Shown here in pieces: positions 15,516 to 29,334 of a stretch of DNA of 64,000 nucleotides. This DNA is from Octopus sinensis (Eukaryota), in contig NC_043003.1 of the NCBI RefSeq assembly GCF_006345805.1, positions 28,954,001-29,018,000 of the forward strand. Direction: 5' to 3'. Each line of letters opens with the position of its first letter. Position 1 is the first letter of the stretch. The notes under the pieces were generated by a model. That model was not told where the DNA came from. It saw only the letters and a program-made list of their open reading frames with translations, and did no database searches. Position numbers and translations under genes: made by a program.

Positions 15516-15520
<5 letters not shown>
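15345..15520 (+). mobile_element. Short repeat family B with a minimal hammerhead-like motif
   Basis: ctttctgtagaagagcttaggctcgaaacataaaagac; better copy at 49615-49740 (cttt-CTGTCGA-a-gagc-gtag-gctc-GAAA-cgt-a-aaag); - strand copy at 53185-53380. Confidence 0.7.
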
Positions 15521-15555
<35 letters not shown>

Positions 15556-15991
15556 CATATTTGTTTGTATGTATACATGTGTATATGTGTGTGTTGAGTG
15601 TGTGTATGTATATAGTTCACACACGCATACACATTACATGTATTTACTTGAATGTAGACAAAGCAAAATAAGATTACTCATCCCAAGCAATGTATATGTG
15701 TGTGTACATATATATATAAGCCCATAATAATTTTTACGACACAACATCTATTATTCTATACGTAAAAGATGGAAAGTTACATGCTTGTGATTATTTTGAA
15801 AGTGTGTGTGGATGTGTCGATTTACATGTGTGTGTGTGCGTGCATTAATGTGTGTGTATGTGAGTAATTAAGTCACGTGTTTGCGAATCTATGTGTGCGA
15901 TCGTGTATGACTATATAAAGTGTGTGCTTATGTTAAGAATAGTTTTGCGTAGATGCGCGCGCGTGTATCTATGCATATTTGTATACATTAC

Positions 15992-16022
<31 letters not shown>

Positions 16023-16340
16023 CATACATATACATATTTACGTGCCCATACGCATATATGTATACAAGTACTCGCGCAAGCGTACACACGCTAGATACAG
16101 ACGCCATGCTTCATTCTGTAGTCTACCACGTGACTAATTATTTTCGGTCTTTCTGCAGAAACTCCCTGCCGGCACCTGTACCACCAACATGTCGGTATAA
16201 CATATGTTACATTTATTTATCATGCTTTGTTTTATACGTTCAAATGATTTCTCATAATAATGCGGCCAACGTACAAAGATTTTTTCAGTATGTTTTCCAT
16301 AATACACACACACACACTCACACACATGCACACATACACA

Positions 16341-17781
16341 CGAGAGTCGAAAGTAGGCTGAAAAGTTTATAAGTGATGCTAGAACTGTGAATCTGCATGC
16401 ATTAATTTCAACTTTTCTTGTTAATAGCCGTGTTGATTCTTTCTGGGAAAACTGATATCTGACTGTGCAGAGAAAACTTTAAAAAGTAAATAGTAACATT
16501 TCTCTTAAAAATGCACAAAATTTGTTTTCGTGGTGTTATCAAGTAGCTGCAGAAAACTGGTTTAGGCCCCAGTGACATTCATTATGACAAGATAACAGGT
16601 GACTCATCAGCTTTATCAATAGTGCAAAAGTAGGCAATGAATTTCAGATAGTCTTGAAGATGACCCAATGTCTGGACGTCTTGCAACTGCCACCATCGAG
16701 GAAAACAATGATTGTGTTACTACTGAAGGGTGACAAGCAATTGACTATAATCAAAAATCCAATGCTATTATTTATATTTCGTGAGAGAACAGAGAATATT
16801 CTGCGCTATGACATGACGAAGGGTTTCTGCAAGTTGGGTGCATCGTCTTCTGACACCTGATCAAAAGTGCACCAGGCTCTCTCTTTTAACTCTTTTACTT
16901 GTTTCAGTCATTTGATTGCAGCCATGCTGGAGCACCGCCTTTAGTCGAGCAAATCGCCCCCAGGACTTATTCTAAGTTACGGGGACGTAAACACACCGGC
17001 ATCGGTTGTCAAGCGATGTTGGGGGGACCAAACACAGACGCACAAACATACACACACATATACATATACATATATACGACGGGCTTCTTTCAGTTTCCGT
17101 CTACCAAATCCACTCACAAGGCTTTGGTCGGCCCGAGGCTATAGTGGAAGACACTCGCCCAAGGTGCCATGCAGTGGGACTGAACCCGGAACTATGTGGC
17201 TGGTAAGCAAGCTACTTACCACACAGCCACTCCTGCACCTGATCGCTTCAGTAGAAAATCTGATATTGTTTGAGGCAGATCCAACTGGTTTCCTTGAACG
17301 TTTCCTAACCCAGGATGAGTGTTGGCTTCGTTACTTTGAATCAAAGACAAAGAGACACTCAAAACAGTGGAACTACATTGCTTACCTGCTACAAACATGG
17401 CCACGGTTGTTTCATCTGCTGGGAAGGTAATGGCCTCAGTTTGTTTGGAATGCAGGAGGCATTGGGTATATTGACTATCTTCACAGGGCCACACAAGCAA
17501 TGGAGACTACTATACCAACTTGCCTAGGAGGTTTACGAAAGGCTATCAAGAAAGGCCAAACGCTATGTATCGCAGTGGTGATGACGTCATATCTGCTGTC
17601 GATGATCTTTTTTGACCAACAGGATGAAAGCGTCTTCACCAATGGGATCCAAACATTGCAACACCCAAGGAAGAAGTGCATGGACTGCAAGGGAAACTAT
17701 GTTGAAATATATATAGCTCATTTGATCACATTCCATGAGAGTGTCTTCGACAGCCTATGAACTTGGTCAGCCGACCCTCGA
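16341..17781 (+). mobile_element. Degenerate mariner interrupted by a SINE
   Basis: TIR-like ends (..ggctgaaaagtttataag / cagcctatgaacttggtcagccgaccctcg); transposase motifs LTPDQK|IASVENL..FLTQDECW..WN..GIL; homologous to 330-1461. Confidence 0.88.
16878..17238 (-). mobile_element. tRNA-derived SINE family 1 inserted in the mariner ORF
   Basis: Reverse complement has head aggtgcaggagtggctgtgtggtaagtagcttgc..gggttcagtccc, core gccttgtgagtggatttggtagacggaaactgaaagaagcccgtc (Meta-domain-like by recollection) and (AAAAGAGT)n tail. Confidence 0.92.
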
Positions 17782-17889
17782 AAGATTCTAACAAACTTTG
17801 AGGGGTTCCAAACTAAAACAAAAAAGAGAGTTACACATAACGCACTTATTAGACTCGCAGAATCAGATATTTTATTTATTTATGCACCC

Positions 17890-18184
17890 TTTTCAAGCCT
17901 AGCGAGGCGCATGGCCCCGGTTTCCCGGTTTCTTTGGAGTATGTGTTCCCCCCAGCTGGACGGGACGCCAGCCCATCGCAGCGTTACCCAAGAAACAGGA
18001 AGAAAGAGTGAGGGAAAGTTGGTGCAAAAGAGTACCACAGTGGTCGCCACCACTCCCTGCTGGAGCCTCGTGGAGCTTTAGGTGTTTTCGCTCAATAAGC
18101 ACACACAACACCCGGTCTAAGAATCGAAACCGCGATCCTCCGACCGCGAGTCCGCTGTCCTAACAACTGGTGTCATTGCACCTC
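17890..18184 (-). mobile_element. tRNA-derived SINE family 3 with V-domain-like core
   Basis: Reverse complement has head gaggtgcaatg..agttgttaggacagcggactcgcggtcggaggatcgcggtttcgattc and core ctgcgatgggctggcgtcccgtccag; + copy at 25970-26275. Confidence 0.8.
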
Positions 18185-18787
18185 TGCAGAATCAGATATA
18201 GTTATCGGAATAACTTATTTTCTGCTCGATAATTTCATCTATCAGGGTTCGTCCAAAAGTGGTCGCAATAAGCGTCATCTGCAATTTATATACATATATG
18301 AGTGTGCGTGCGTGCATGTGTGTGAGTGTGTGTGTTTGTGTGTGTGTGTGTGTGCGCGCGCGCGTACATACTTGATTCTAGTTGACTGGGAGTTCAAATT
18401 GCGCCTGTGAGTCAATTCTAGCTATTCAACCACTGGTTAAGTAAGTCGATAAGCAATAATTAAAGTCATCGGGAACTCAAACCCTACTCGTACAATAAAT
18501 TTGCCTCTGCGTTCACTATTGAGCTACCCTTTTTGTGAACAATCTGTTGTTATTCTTAAACGAAATTTAAAATAATAAACACATTTTAACATATGCATGT
18601 GCGCTAATTTTAATTTAACGAATTAATGAAGCGTAATATTACGGATATAAGTTAAGCAATTATTTCACTCAATTTACTTAATAAATTGTCTATTTTACCT
18701 ATAGTTGGTGGGGTGAGAAATAGCCTCCGCAAAAAAACATACAATAATGTATATAAGATATATTATATATATATATATATATAAGAT

Positions 18788-18820
<33 letters not shown>

Positions 18821-18835
18821 TATGATATATATATA

Positions 18836-18915
<80 letters not shown>

Positions 18916-19599
18916 TAATACATATATATAATATATATATTAACATATATATATATATAATATATATATGTACGTATATATATATATATATATCTACATA
19001 TATATATATGTATATATATATATACACACACATAAATATACATATGTAAGTATATACATACATATGTATATATATATCTATATATCTATATATATATTTA
19101 CACATATATATATATATACACGTATATCCCGTTTTGTTTTTTATTGTTCAAACATATACCCACAGGTGTGATCATAACTGAAAACATCTGTGTATTTTCC
19201 TAAAAAAACGCTTTTTGGAGAATGGTGCCGATCATAACACATTTTGGCGTACATATTACAATGTCTATTTGTATATACACATACGTGTATATATATTATA
19301 TATACGCAAATGTATATGCGTATATACATATATGCATATATATCTTATACGCACATACGTATGTATGCATAAATATTTATATATATGTATGTGCATGTAT
19401 GGTTACATATATACATAAATGTGTGTGTGTACGTGTATGTGTGTGTGTGCGTATGTGTGTGTGTGTATGTGTCTTTGTGTGTTTGTGTGTGTGTGTGTAT
19501 GTGTGTGTGTGTGTTAGGATTCTATATTAAATTAGAAAACCGTGTAGACACTAGGTCTAACATATGCTTCGTAATTTCAATGATTCACGCATTTTTTCT

Positions 19600-19950
19600 C
19601 AAGTTTCCGCTTACTCCAGCCCACACCATCATCATAACTATCATCGTCATCATCATCATCATCATCATGAACATCATCATCACCACCATCACCACCATCG
19701 TCATTGCTTCATCACCACCATCATCACTACCATCACATCATCGCCACCGCATCGTCACCGCCATCCTAACCAACACCATCGCCATCACCACCGTCGCCAC
19801 CATCACGATTACCATAACCGCTATCGCCGCCAGCACCATCACCATTACCATTACCACCATCATTATCATCATCACCACTATCATCACCACCATCGCCACC
19901 ATCACCATCATTACCATCATCATCATTACCCTCATCGCCATCACCGCATC
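19600..19950. repeat. Degenerate (CAT/CAC)n microsatellite
   Basis: Direct inspection. Confidence 0.9.
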
Positions 19951-20254
19951 CCTACACAAAAAGTGTATAATGAATCTTCTAAAACACCAACCAGCGGTTA
20001 TTGGCAGAGAATTATATCTGCGTAATCCTGCACCCTACTGTTTAATCTAGCAACCAAAACTCCTCCTTAAGCAACACACCTGTAACCAATGGAGGTGAAT
20101 TTTTCCGGTTTACATGCGGCTTTCTGGTATTAACTTTGGAGTTGATCTCTCACTCCGTTTAACCCTGCGCTACTGCCCCCGCACCCCCTCGGGTTCTTTA
20201 ATCCGTGGTAGGCACTTTTGGGAGACGACTAGTTGTACTTTTAACTTTTATGTC

Positions 20255-20470
20255 TTTCTCTTATTAGACTGCAGCCATGCTGGGGTGCTGCCTCGAAGAA
20301 CTTTAGTCGAAAGAATAAACCCCAGTACTATTCTTTTTTAAGCCTGTTACTTATTCTATCGGTCTCTTTTGTCGAATCGTCAGGTTACGGAGACATAAAT
20401 AGACACCAACACCGGTTACTAAGCGCGGCGGTGAAGGGCAAACGCAGGCACAAACAAACACACACATAGA
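20255..20470 (-). mobile_element. SINE family 1, 3' half
   Basis: gactgcagccatgctgg..tttagtcga..tacttattctatcggtctcttttg..ttacggagac. Confidence 0.8.
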
Positions 20471-20516
20471 CACCCACACACACATAGATACATGCATATA
20501 CACATACATGCATACA

Positions 20517-20578
<62 letters not shown>

Positions 20579-20579
20579 C

Positions 20580-20617
<38 letters not shown>

Positions 20618-20627
20618 CACATATATA

Positions 20628-20720
<93 letters not shown>

Positions 20721-20952
20721 ATATAATATAGATATATGATTTTTGATTTGATTTGATTTTTCTAGTTTCAGCTAATGAGCTGTGGCCATGCTGGGGCACC
20801 GCCATTTGGTGTGCTACAATTTTACCTCATGGATGCTTTTTAGCAAACGCCATCTGATGCATGAGAGAGTTTGATGCAGCTGCCCTCATCTGCACCTCCT
20901 GCCGTGAAGTTGGTTCATCCGGGACACCTGACAGGAAGAGGTCCAGTCCTAC

Positions 20953-21009
<57 letters not shown>

Positions 21010-21010
<1 letters not shown>

Positions 21011-21598
21011 ATTGATAAATAAGAGCAAACGAAAAAATTTCTGATGCCAAATATGCCAAAAGAATTTTTTTCGAAAAAAGTTTTATCCTACATTTAGATA
21101 TAAATTTAAGCGTTCACCTCCGGACTCTTTCACTCTGTGAGAGCATCAGTTCAAATCGCACGTGTCTCGAATGGGCTAGAGTATTTCTATTTTGGATGTA
21201 TTTGGGGTACTTAATTGTGCTCATGACTTAGTGTTTTGTTTCTTCCATGGGTATGAGTAAGTATCTCATTTATTTCTTTTGCCACATGTATCACTGACGA
21301 AGGGAGGGCTGTTATAAGCTAACCCTGAAATCGGTCCGATATGGTAATAATGGAATTTTAGAAATATCTGTCCACTTTTTCTCGAGTAGCGTGCGTATTG
21401 TGAAAAAATTATATGGTTAATAGACAATATGTCCAATTTTTCGGCATATTTGGCATTAGAAATTTTTTCGTTTGCCCTTATTTATGAATTGTTTATAATT
21501 TTAACCTTTAAAGGTATTTTTTAATATGCTGGCCATTGATAAAATTTTTGGGAAAAGAATTTTCTTCGAAAAAAGTTTTATCCTACATTTAAATATAT

Positions 21599-21630
<32 letters not shown>

Positions 21631-21790
21631 GAAAGAAGGTTTGAAAATGCAATTTTATAAGATGTTTATTTACTTTACCGGTTTCACTTTTTAGAAAAAG
21701 ATTGCCAAAAGTAACATGTAAAAGTTTGGCTGTGTTGTCACAAATTGCTACAATACATATATACATTCTTTGGTAACAAGAACATGTTAA
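21010..21790. mobile_element. Probable PLE terminal-repeat unit with hammerhead and inverted/direct sub-repeats
   Basis: 21011-21060 is inverted at 21438-21492; 21058-21100 is repeated directly at 21553-21598; hammerhead at 21285-21345. Confidence 0.6.
21285..21345 (+). ncRNA. Minimal type I hammerhead ribozyme-like motif
   Basis: gtatca-CTGACGA-aggg(agggct gttata agct aa)ccct-GAAA-tcg-GTC-cgatat; GUC cleavage triplet and self-complementary stem III (AUCGGU). Confidence 0.7.
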
Positions 21791-22054
21791 GAACATAAAA
21801 AAGTTTAACAAGTTCATTAAAATATTGGGCACAAAATATTACAATACTCGTATATATACATTCTCAAGAAAATGTTAAAGATAGTTTCCAGAAAGAATTA
21901 TTAAAAAGTTCAGTGGAATATTGGTATTGTATTTCTATATACATACACGCACAGAATATTATGAGTTCAAAAAAGTTTACATTATAGTAGTAGGGAAGCT
22001 CAAACTGACCTGGTCCACCACATACATACATACATTCATACATACATATACATG

Positions 22055-22198
22055 GCGGGTTACTTTCAGTTTCCGTCTATCAAATCCACTCTCAAGGCTT
22101 TTGTAGAGGATGCTTCCCAAGCTGTCACGCAGTGGGGACTGAACCAGAACCATGTGACTGAGAAGGAAACTTGTTATCACATAGCCACGCCTGCGCCT
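22055..22198 (-). mobile_element. SINE family 1, 5' half
   Basis: ttcagtttccgtctatcaaatccactctcaaggc..cacgcagtggggactgaacc..cacatagccacgcctgcgcct. Confidence 0.85.
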
Positions 22199-23774
22199 GG
22201 ATATTTTAAAGCATGCCTGTAGTCTGGGAACAACTCGAATCTTGATGCTCAGCGTCTCCACGTGAATGTCTAACTTGCTGGAAATAGCAGCCAAATTTCT
22301 CTCACGTCACACCCTAGCATCTAGCAAATGGATTGATCGAATAATGCAACGCCGGTATCCCTGCACGTTGGGGAAAATGTGTGACGGTGATAGCTGGTAT
22401 GTCTTTGATAATGTTTGGTGTATCTGCCAAAATAACTTGCCGGTTATGTAGCTAAATAACAACAGTTGCCAAAAACTAATGGTTTCTTCTTTCCTTTGGC
22501 ACCCCACCCCACCGAGGCCATCGAGAATAGTGGACTGTGCTTGTTCTGGAATAGTAGGTCTAATGCGTCTCATTTAGCACCACTACATGGCCTTAGTGTG
22601 CGCCTAGCTGTTGATGCTGAACTCTTAGTGGTGTCATAGAAAAGAAGGAAGAAGAAGAAGAAGAAGAAGAAGAAGAAGAAGAAGAAGAAGAAGAAGAAGA
22701 GAAGAAGAAGAAGAAGGAAGGAAGAAGAAGAAAAACAACAACAACAAGAATAAGAATTTCGGTAATGTGCATTTTGTTCCTTGAATACTAGACTTTTTTA
22801 AATTCATCCTGTTCCTCCCACACTCACTAAAATAAGCTAAATAACTCAAACAAGTGACCCACATATCGATATGAAAAAGATTGGCACATAAACATCTCCC
22901 TCTTGCTCTAACTATCTATTTCTCTCTCTCCCTCTCTTTCCTTCTCTCTCTCTTGTCCATTTAGTTCAACATTTCCAGTAAGGATCTTGGCCTGGTATAC
23001 CCAACAAATCTCTGTAAGATTAAAGCAGTGTTTCATTTTGGTCTACCATTTTGTTTTGTTTTATTTTTCTCTTTTTTCTTCTTTTTCTTTGCAAAAAAAT
23101 TTCTTTAAATGCGCGATTGTATTTAAGGAAGTTCACAGTTTTTGATTGTACCGTCAAAACAGCTTTGAGACATAAAAGACCACTCTTTGACAGTAAAGCA
23201 ATACGGTGGATAATTCCACGTACAATATTAATTATATCGATTCTTTTGTTTGAGGATACTGTGACATCCATCATACAAACGCTCGTTCAGCAGATGCTAT
23301 TTACGAGTCGTGAACTCTTGTTCATTCTTGTCATATCTACAACCTCATCAATTATGTTGGATATAACTTTTTCTCTTTTAGTAGTTGCAGACAATCATTA
23401 AAGTATAACAAACCATGCTCAATACTGACTTTATGAATATATCAGATAAAACCATTTAATATTGAACAAGATAAGATAAATATACTCTCGCCTCGCCAAA
23501 CTGCAAATTGAAAACAGGAAATAAAAATGTATTAATATATGTTCAATCTTAATAAATTCTGTCAGAACCAAACATGAATACCCGATCGCTGTTGGTTTTC
23601 ATCACTGGAGAACATCTCACACCTTTAGACGTTGCGTGTTTATAACACACGTGATTCATTCCATGAAGTATTATCTGTTTGGTATACATCAGCATGCATC
23701 AACAAATAATTTGTTTGCAGATTTCTAATATGCAAGAGCTCGTGCTCTTCTTAGATTCATCGGTCCGACCAAGT

Positions 23775-23835
23775 TGCTTTCACTGACGAGACACACAAGC
23801 AGGTCGAAACAACACGGTGTTTTAAAGTCTCCCTA
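23775..23835 (+). ncRNA. Hammerhead-like motif
   Basis: CTGACGA(23783)-gac-acacaagcag-gtc-GAAA-c-aacac-g-gtgtt-tt-a; core and stem II intact, stem I closing pair mismatched. Confidence 0.5.
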
Positions 23836-24034
23836 CACCGGTGAATGCCGTGAGTTATGAATGCACATCGTCTAAAAGGATAAAGTGTTTGCAGATAACG
23901 AAAAACAATAGCAATCAGATATTCACCTTCATATCTGCTAGAACGTTTAAAGAATGAATAGCTTTGTTACTATTGGAATTTTCGCTGTTCTGCATGCAGC
24001 CTATGAACCATTAGGTAATAAACTTTTTAAGGTA

Positions 24035-24390
24035 TGACTGTGAGGTTAAGAAGTTCGTTTTTCTACCATGTGATTTCGGGTTCAGTCTTACTGCGCGATG
24101 CTTTAGACAAGTATAATCTACTACAGCCCTGGACCGACCAATGATTTTTAAATATGAGTGGTAGACGGGCATTGAGTGGACGCCATCTTATATTAGCAAA
24201 TATGTAGATATGTATGTGTGTCGGTCTTTGCTTTTGTGATTATCTACCCAATCACTAACAACTGGTGTTAGTCTATTTATAATCTTATAACTTAGGAATT
24301 TGATAAGAGAGATCGACAAAATAAGTACCAGACTTTGAAGATAAGTACTGCGGTCGAATTTGTTCGACTTTACCTGTCAAGGCGGTACTC
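24035..24390 (+). mobile_element. Old SINE family 1 copy
   Basis: gtatgactgtgaggttaagaagttcg..cgggttcagtcttactgcg..ctactacagccctggaccgaccaa..taagtactgcggtcgaatttgttcgact. Confidence 0.75.
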
Positions 24391-24985
24391 CCTACTGTAG
24401 GTTCTTATTGTATGTATGTATATATGTATGTATGTATATATGTTTGTATGTATGTATGTATGTATGTATGTATGTATGTATGTATGTATGTATGTATGTG
24501 TGTGTGTGTATGTATGATGTATGTATGTATGTATGTGTGTGTGTATGTATGCATACATGTATTATGTAACTATATGTACAGATATGTTTATATGGCTCCT
24601 GACCTTCGAATTGGTAACAGACTAACCAAACAGCAGAGACAGCAGCAGGAAGGGATAATCATACAGGTTTTATATAATTAGACATTCCATACACACGGTG
24701 GCATTGACTGCTGATTGAAGAGTTCGATTTTGGCTTGTCATGCTCCAAAATGGTACACAACTGCCATAAGGTTGGTCTGATTATAGCCTGTGTCAAGGTA
24801 TACCGGAAGAGGAAAAGTAAATTTGGGCTATCAGGCTATATTTGAGAGTACACACTCTAACTTGTAAATATATATCATCACGAAAACAAAACGAAGGTGT
24901 AACATACATACGCACACACCTACACACACACACACACACATAGGCGCAAGCGTGGCTGTGTTGTAAGAAGCTTGCTTCTCATAAT
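24387..24985 (+). repeat. Local duplication, copy 1
   Basis: Near-identical to 26375-27160 (ctactgtaggttcttattg...atggctcctgaccttcgaattgg...gaaggtgtaacatacatacg). Confidence 0.95.
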
Positions 24986-25256
24986 ACATATATATATACA
25001 TACATACATGCATACATACATACATTCATACATACATACATACATACATACAATACATACATACATACATGCATGCATGCATACATACATACATACATAC
25101 ATGCATACATACATACATACATACATACATACCATTACATACATTACATGCATGCATGATGCATACATACATACATACATACATGCATGCATGCATGCAT
25201 GCATGCATACATACATACATACCATACATACATGCATGCATGCATGCATACATACA

Positions 25257-25287
<31 letters not shown>

Positions 25288-25555
25288 CATGCATGCATAC
25301 ATACATACATACATACATACATACATTACATTCATACATACATACCTACATACATACATACATACATACATACCTACATGCATGCATTGCATACATACAT
25401 ACAACATACATACATACATACATACATGCATGCATGCATGCATACAGACTTACATACATACATACATAATAAAAATACATACCATACATGCATGCATGCA
25501 TGCAGCATACATGCTACATATACATACATACATACATACATACATACATACATAC
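24985..25555. repeat. (CATA)n/(CATG)n microsatellite
   Basis: Direct inspection. Confidence 0.95.
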
Positions 25556-25969
25556 TGAGATTCTCAGACGAGAAACAGACGAAGATTCGAATAATTAAAA
25601 GTATCAATTCACAGAACCCTTGATTCTTTCAGCTTTTACTTTATTCTATAATTGGAACCGCCTTGACGGGATAAGTTTTTACAGTTCAAGTGATGATCTG
25701 GATTTGTTCTCTTCGAATCAGCTTTCTCCTTTCTGGTTTTGAGAAGACTAACTTCTGAAGACCGGAACCTAAGCAGTATGTTATATATCTCAGTGCTCCA
25801 ATAATTACAAGTATAATCCTGAACTTCTAATCTGAATAGAGTAGCTGCAGATTCATCAATACACCAGCGTAAGCATTTTCTTCTTTGCTAATCTTTAGCT
25901 CCATGCTGTTATCCGCTGGGCAGCCGATTTCCACACAGTTTCTCTTCTCTATCCCAATTTACTATGTGT

Positions 25970-26275
25970 GTGGAGGCACATGGCCTAGTGGTTAAAACAG
26001 CGGACTCGCGGTCGAGGGATCGCGGGTTCGAATCTCAGACCGGACGATGTGTGTGTTTATGAGCGAAACACCTAAGCTCCACGCGGCTCCGGCAGAAGGT
26101 AATGGCGAAACCTCTGCTGACTCTTTCGCCACAACTGTCTCTCACTCTTTCCTCGTGCAACAAGCAGCTCACCTGCGATGGACCGGCGTCCCGTCCAGGT
26201 GGGGAACCTATACGCCAAGAAACCGAGAAACCGGCCCTTATGAACCAGGCATGGCTCGAGAAGGAACAAACAACA
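25970..26275 (+). mobile_element. SINE family 3 (V-domain-like), full length
   Basis: ggaggcacatggcctagtggttaaaacagcggactcgcggtcgagggatcgcgggttcgaatc (A/B boxes) ... ctgcgatggaccggcgtcccgtccagg ... (CAA)n tail. Confidence 0.88.
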
Positions 26276-26374
26276 ACAATTTACTATGTTAGGTCAATTA
26301 TGTTTACATTATATATGAGGTTTTCACTGAGACATTCCACCAGTATTCGTTGCTATTATTAGTGGCTATGACTT

Positions 26375-26509
26375 CTACCCTACTGTAGGTTCTTATTGTA
26401 TGTATGTATGTATGTATGTATGTATGTATGTATGTATGTATGTATGTATGTATGTATGTATGTATGTATGTATGTATGTATGTATGTATGTATGTATGTA
26501 TGTTGTACG

Positions 26510-26542
<33 letters not shown>

Positions 26543-26594
26543 TGTATGTATGTATGTATGGTATGATATGTAGTATGTACGAGTATGATGTACG

Positions 26595-26627
<33 letters not shown>

Positions 26628-27160
26628 GTGTATATGTATGTATGCATACATGTATATATGCATTCATGTATTATGTAAATATATGTACGTGTGTAGATAT
26701 ATTTATATGGCTCCTGACCTTCGAATTGGTAACAGACTAACCAAACAGCAGAGACAGCAGCAGGAAGGGATAATCATACAGGTTTTATATAATTAGACAT
26801 TCCATACACACGGTGGCATTGACTGTTGATTGAAGCGTTCGATTTTGGCTTGTCATGCTCCAAAATGGTACACAACTGTCATAAGGTTGGTCTGATTATA
26901 GCCTGTGTCAAGGTATACCGGAAGAGGAAAAGTAAATTTGGGCTATCAGGCTATATTTGAGAGTACACACACCCTAACTTGTAAATATATATCATCACGA
27001 AAACAAAGCGAAGGTGTAACATACATACGTACACACCTACACACCTACACACACACACACACACACAACTTGTAAATATATATCATCACGAAAACAAAAC
27101 AAAGGTGTAACTCACACACACACATAGGTGCAGGCGTGGCTGTGTTGTAAGAAGATTATT
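26375..27160 (+). repeat. Local duplication, copy 2 (longer TATG tract, extra 60-bp internal duplication at 27068-27125)
   Basis: Alignment by eye with 24387-24985. Confidence 0.95.
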
Positions 27161-27470
27161 TCTCAATCACATGGTTTCGGGTTCAGTCCCAATGCGTGGC
27201 ACATTGGGCAAGTGTCTTCTACTACAACACCAGGCCGATCAAAGCCGATCAAATGGAATTGGTAGACGGAAACTGAAAGAAGCCTTTCGTATACACACAC
27301 ACACACACACATATATATATACATATATATACACATATATATGTATGTATGTATATGTGTGTCTGTGTTTGTCACCCTGTCATCGCTTGACAACCGATGT
27401 TGGTGAGTTTACGTCCCAGTAACTTAGCCGTTTGACAAAATGAATGGTTAAAGACAAACACTGGTTACTT
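27125..27470 (+). mobile_element. SINE family 1
   Basis: ataggtgcaggcgtggctgtg..gggttcagtccc..ggtagacggaaactgaaagaagcc..catcgcttgacaaccgatg. Confidence 0.88.
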
Positions 27471-27559
27471 AAGCATATATACATGTGTATGTGTGTGTGT
27501 GTGTATATGCATATATATACATATATATACACATATAATACATATATATATATAATATA

Positions 27560-27592
<33 letters not shown>

Positions 27593-27665
27593 ATACATGC
27601 ATATATTAATATATATATATAATATATATTATATATATATATTATATATATATATATATATAAAT

Positions 27666-27738
<73 letters not shown>

Positions 27739-27754
27739 CATGCATATATATATA

Positions 27755-27895
27755 TAGTTAATCCAAACAAGAAAACACAAAAAAACACAACTCGAGGATG
27801 TGGAACAAATATAGTATTATTGGACACTCAGGAAAGAAGGGAAGAAGGAGGGCTTAACGTTTCGAGCGGAGCTCTTCGTCGGAAACATAGGAGAA
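27755..27895 (-). mobile_element. Repeat family A copy with hammerhead-like motif
   Basis: aacgtttcgagcggagctcttcgtcggaaacatagg, identical to the 15130-15165 motif. Confidence 0.75.
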
Positions 27896-28384
27896 GGGGG
27901 GCTGTTAGATGTCTCTTTACATCTCCGAGAGTCACAAACTCTGCCTCTACTCTTGCCACTATTAACTTCAACAACATCAACAATAACTCCAGATAGGACA
28001 GCAAACAAACACCGACCATGACATGTATGCCAGAAACAATAGCCACACTAACAGTAAAAAAATATACTGCTTTAACTTCAATAGTGCCATCACCTTCGTC
28101 GTCATCGTGGTGTGTTGATAAGAGTGCGCATGTTTGTGTGTGTATGCTGGTTTTCTTATTATGAAGCTCGCTTTACAGTCGCGTGGTTTCGCGTTCACGC
28201 CCAGTGCACGGTGCCACGAACAAGTGTTTTCAACTATAGTCCCCATCTGAGTAGTGGCTTGTGAGTGAATTTGGCTGATGGAAACTGTGTAGAATCTCAT
28301 CCTATGTATATGTGTGTGCGTGTGTGTGCATGTATGTAAGTATGTATGTATGTATATATGCATGCATGCATGTATGTATGTATG

Positions 28385-28415
<31 letters not shown>

Positions 28416-28478
28416 GCAGTTAGACACCCAGACGGAAGACAAGCGGATAAACACAGATAGAATAAACAGATAGATAAA

Positions 28479-28521
<43 letters not shown>

Positions 28522-28705
28522 ATAGATAGATAGATAGACAGACAAACAGACACTCAGACAGGCAGACAGGCAGACAGGCAGGCAGGCAGGCAGGCAGACA
28601 GGCAGGCAGACAGGCAGGCAGACAGGCAGACAGGCAGGCAGACAGGCAGACAGGCAGACAGGCAGGCAGACAGACAGACAGACAAACAGATTGATAGATA
28701 GATAC

Positions 28706-28777
<72 letters not shown>

Positions 28778-28983
28778 GCAGGCAGGCAGGCAGCTAGTGT
28801 AACAATCTGTTTAACTTCATTTTATTTAACCTCGATCTGGCGGGCATGAGGGTATACTTCCGTTAACGATGGCTCAACCTTGTTGTATTGCGTAAACATA
28901 AATGGAGACTTTCACGTAGACATGCAGATATACCGGCATACATACATACATATGTATATATATATATATATATATATGTGTGT

Positions 28984-29014
<31 letters not shown>

Positions 29015-29023
29015 ATACATACA

Positions 29024-29056
<33 letters not shown>

Positions 29057-29334
29057 GCATACATACATACACATTCACATATATACGCATGTATGTATGT
29101 ATATGTAACATTAAATAAACGTTAGAAAATAACCCTGAAACGTATTGGTTGTAAACGAATGTGTATGTATCGAAAGTTTAAAAGCAAATATACTCCGACT
29201 ACCTTGAACTATAATTACTTTATCGAACAAACATTTACAACAAAGACCAACAAAGGAATCTCTATTCTGGGTGGTCAATCTTCGCGAAGTATGATACATG
29301 TCTCTCTGAAATTCCACTGCTCTTTTATGCTAAA

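Noticed and set aside
23051-23401. 116-aa ORF as a membrane-protein exon
   Set aside because: AT-rich chance ORF starting in a T-rich tract; no motif or convincing splice sites; the opposite strand gives similar-length frames
25970-26045. tRNA gene
   Set aside because: tRNA-like A/B boxes continue directly into a SINE body with dispersed copies; same for 40612-40690 and 43052-43125
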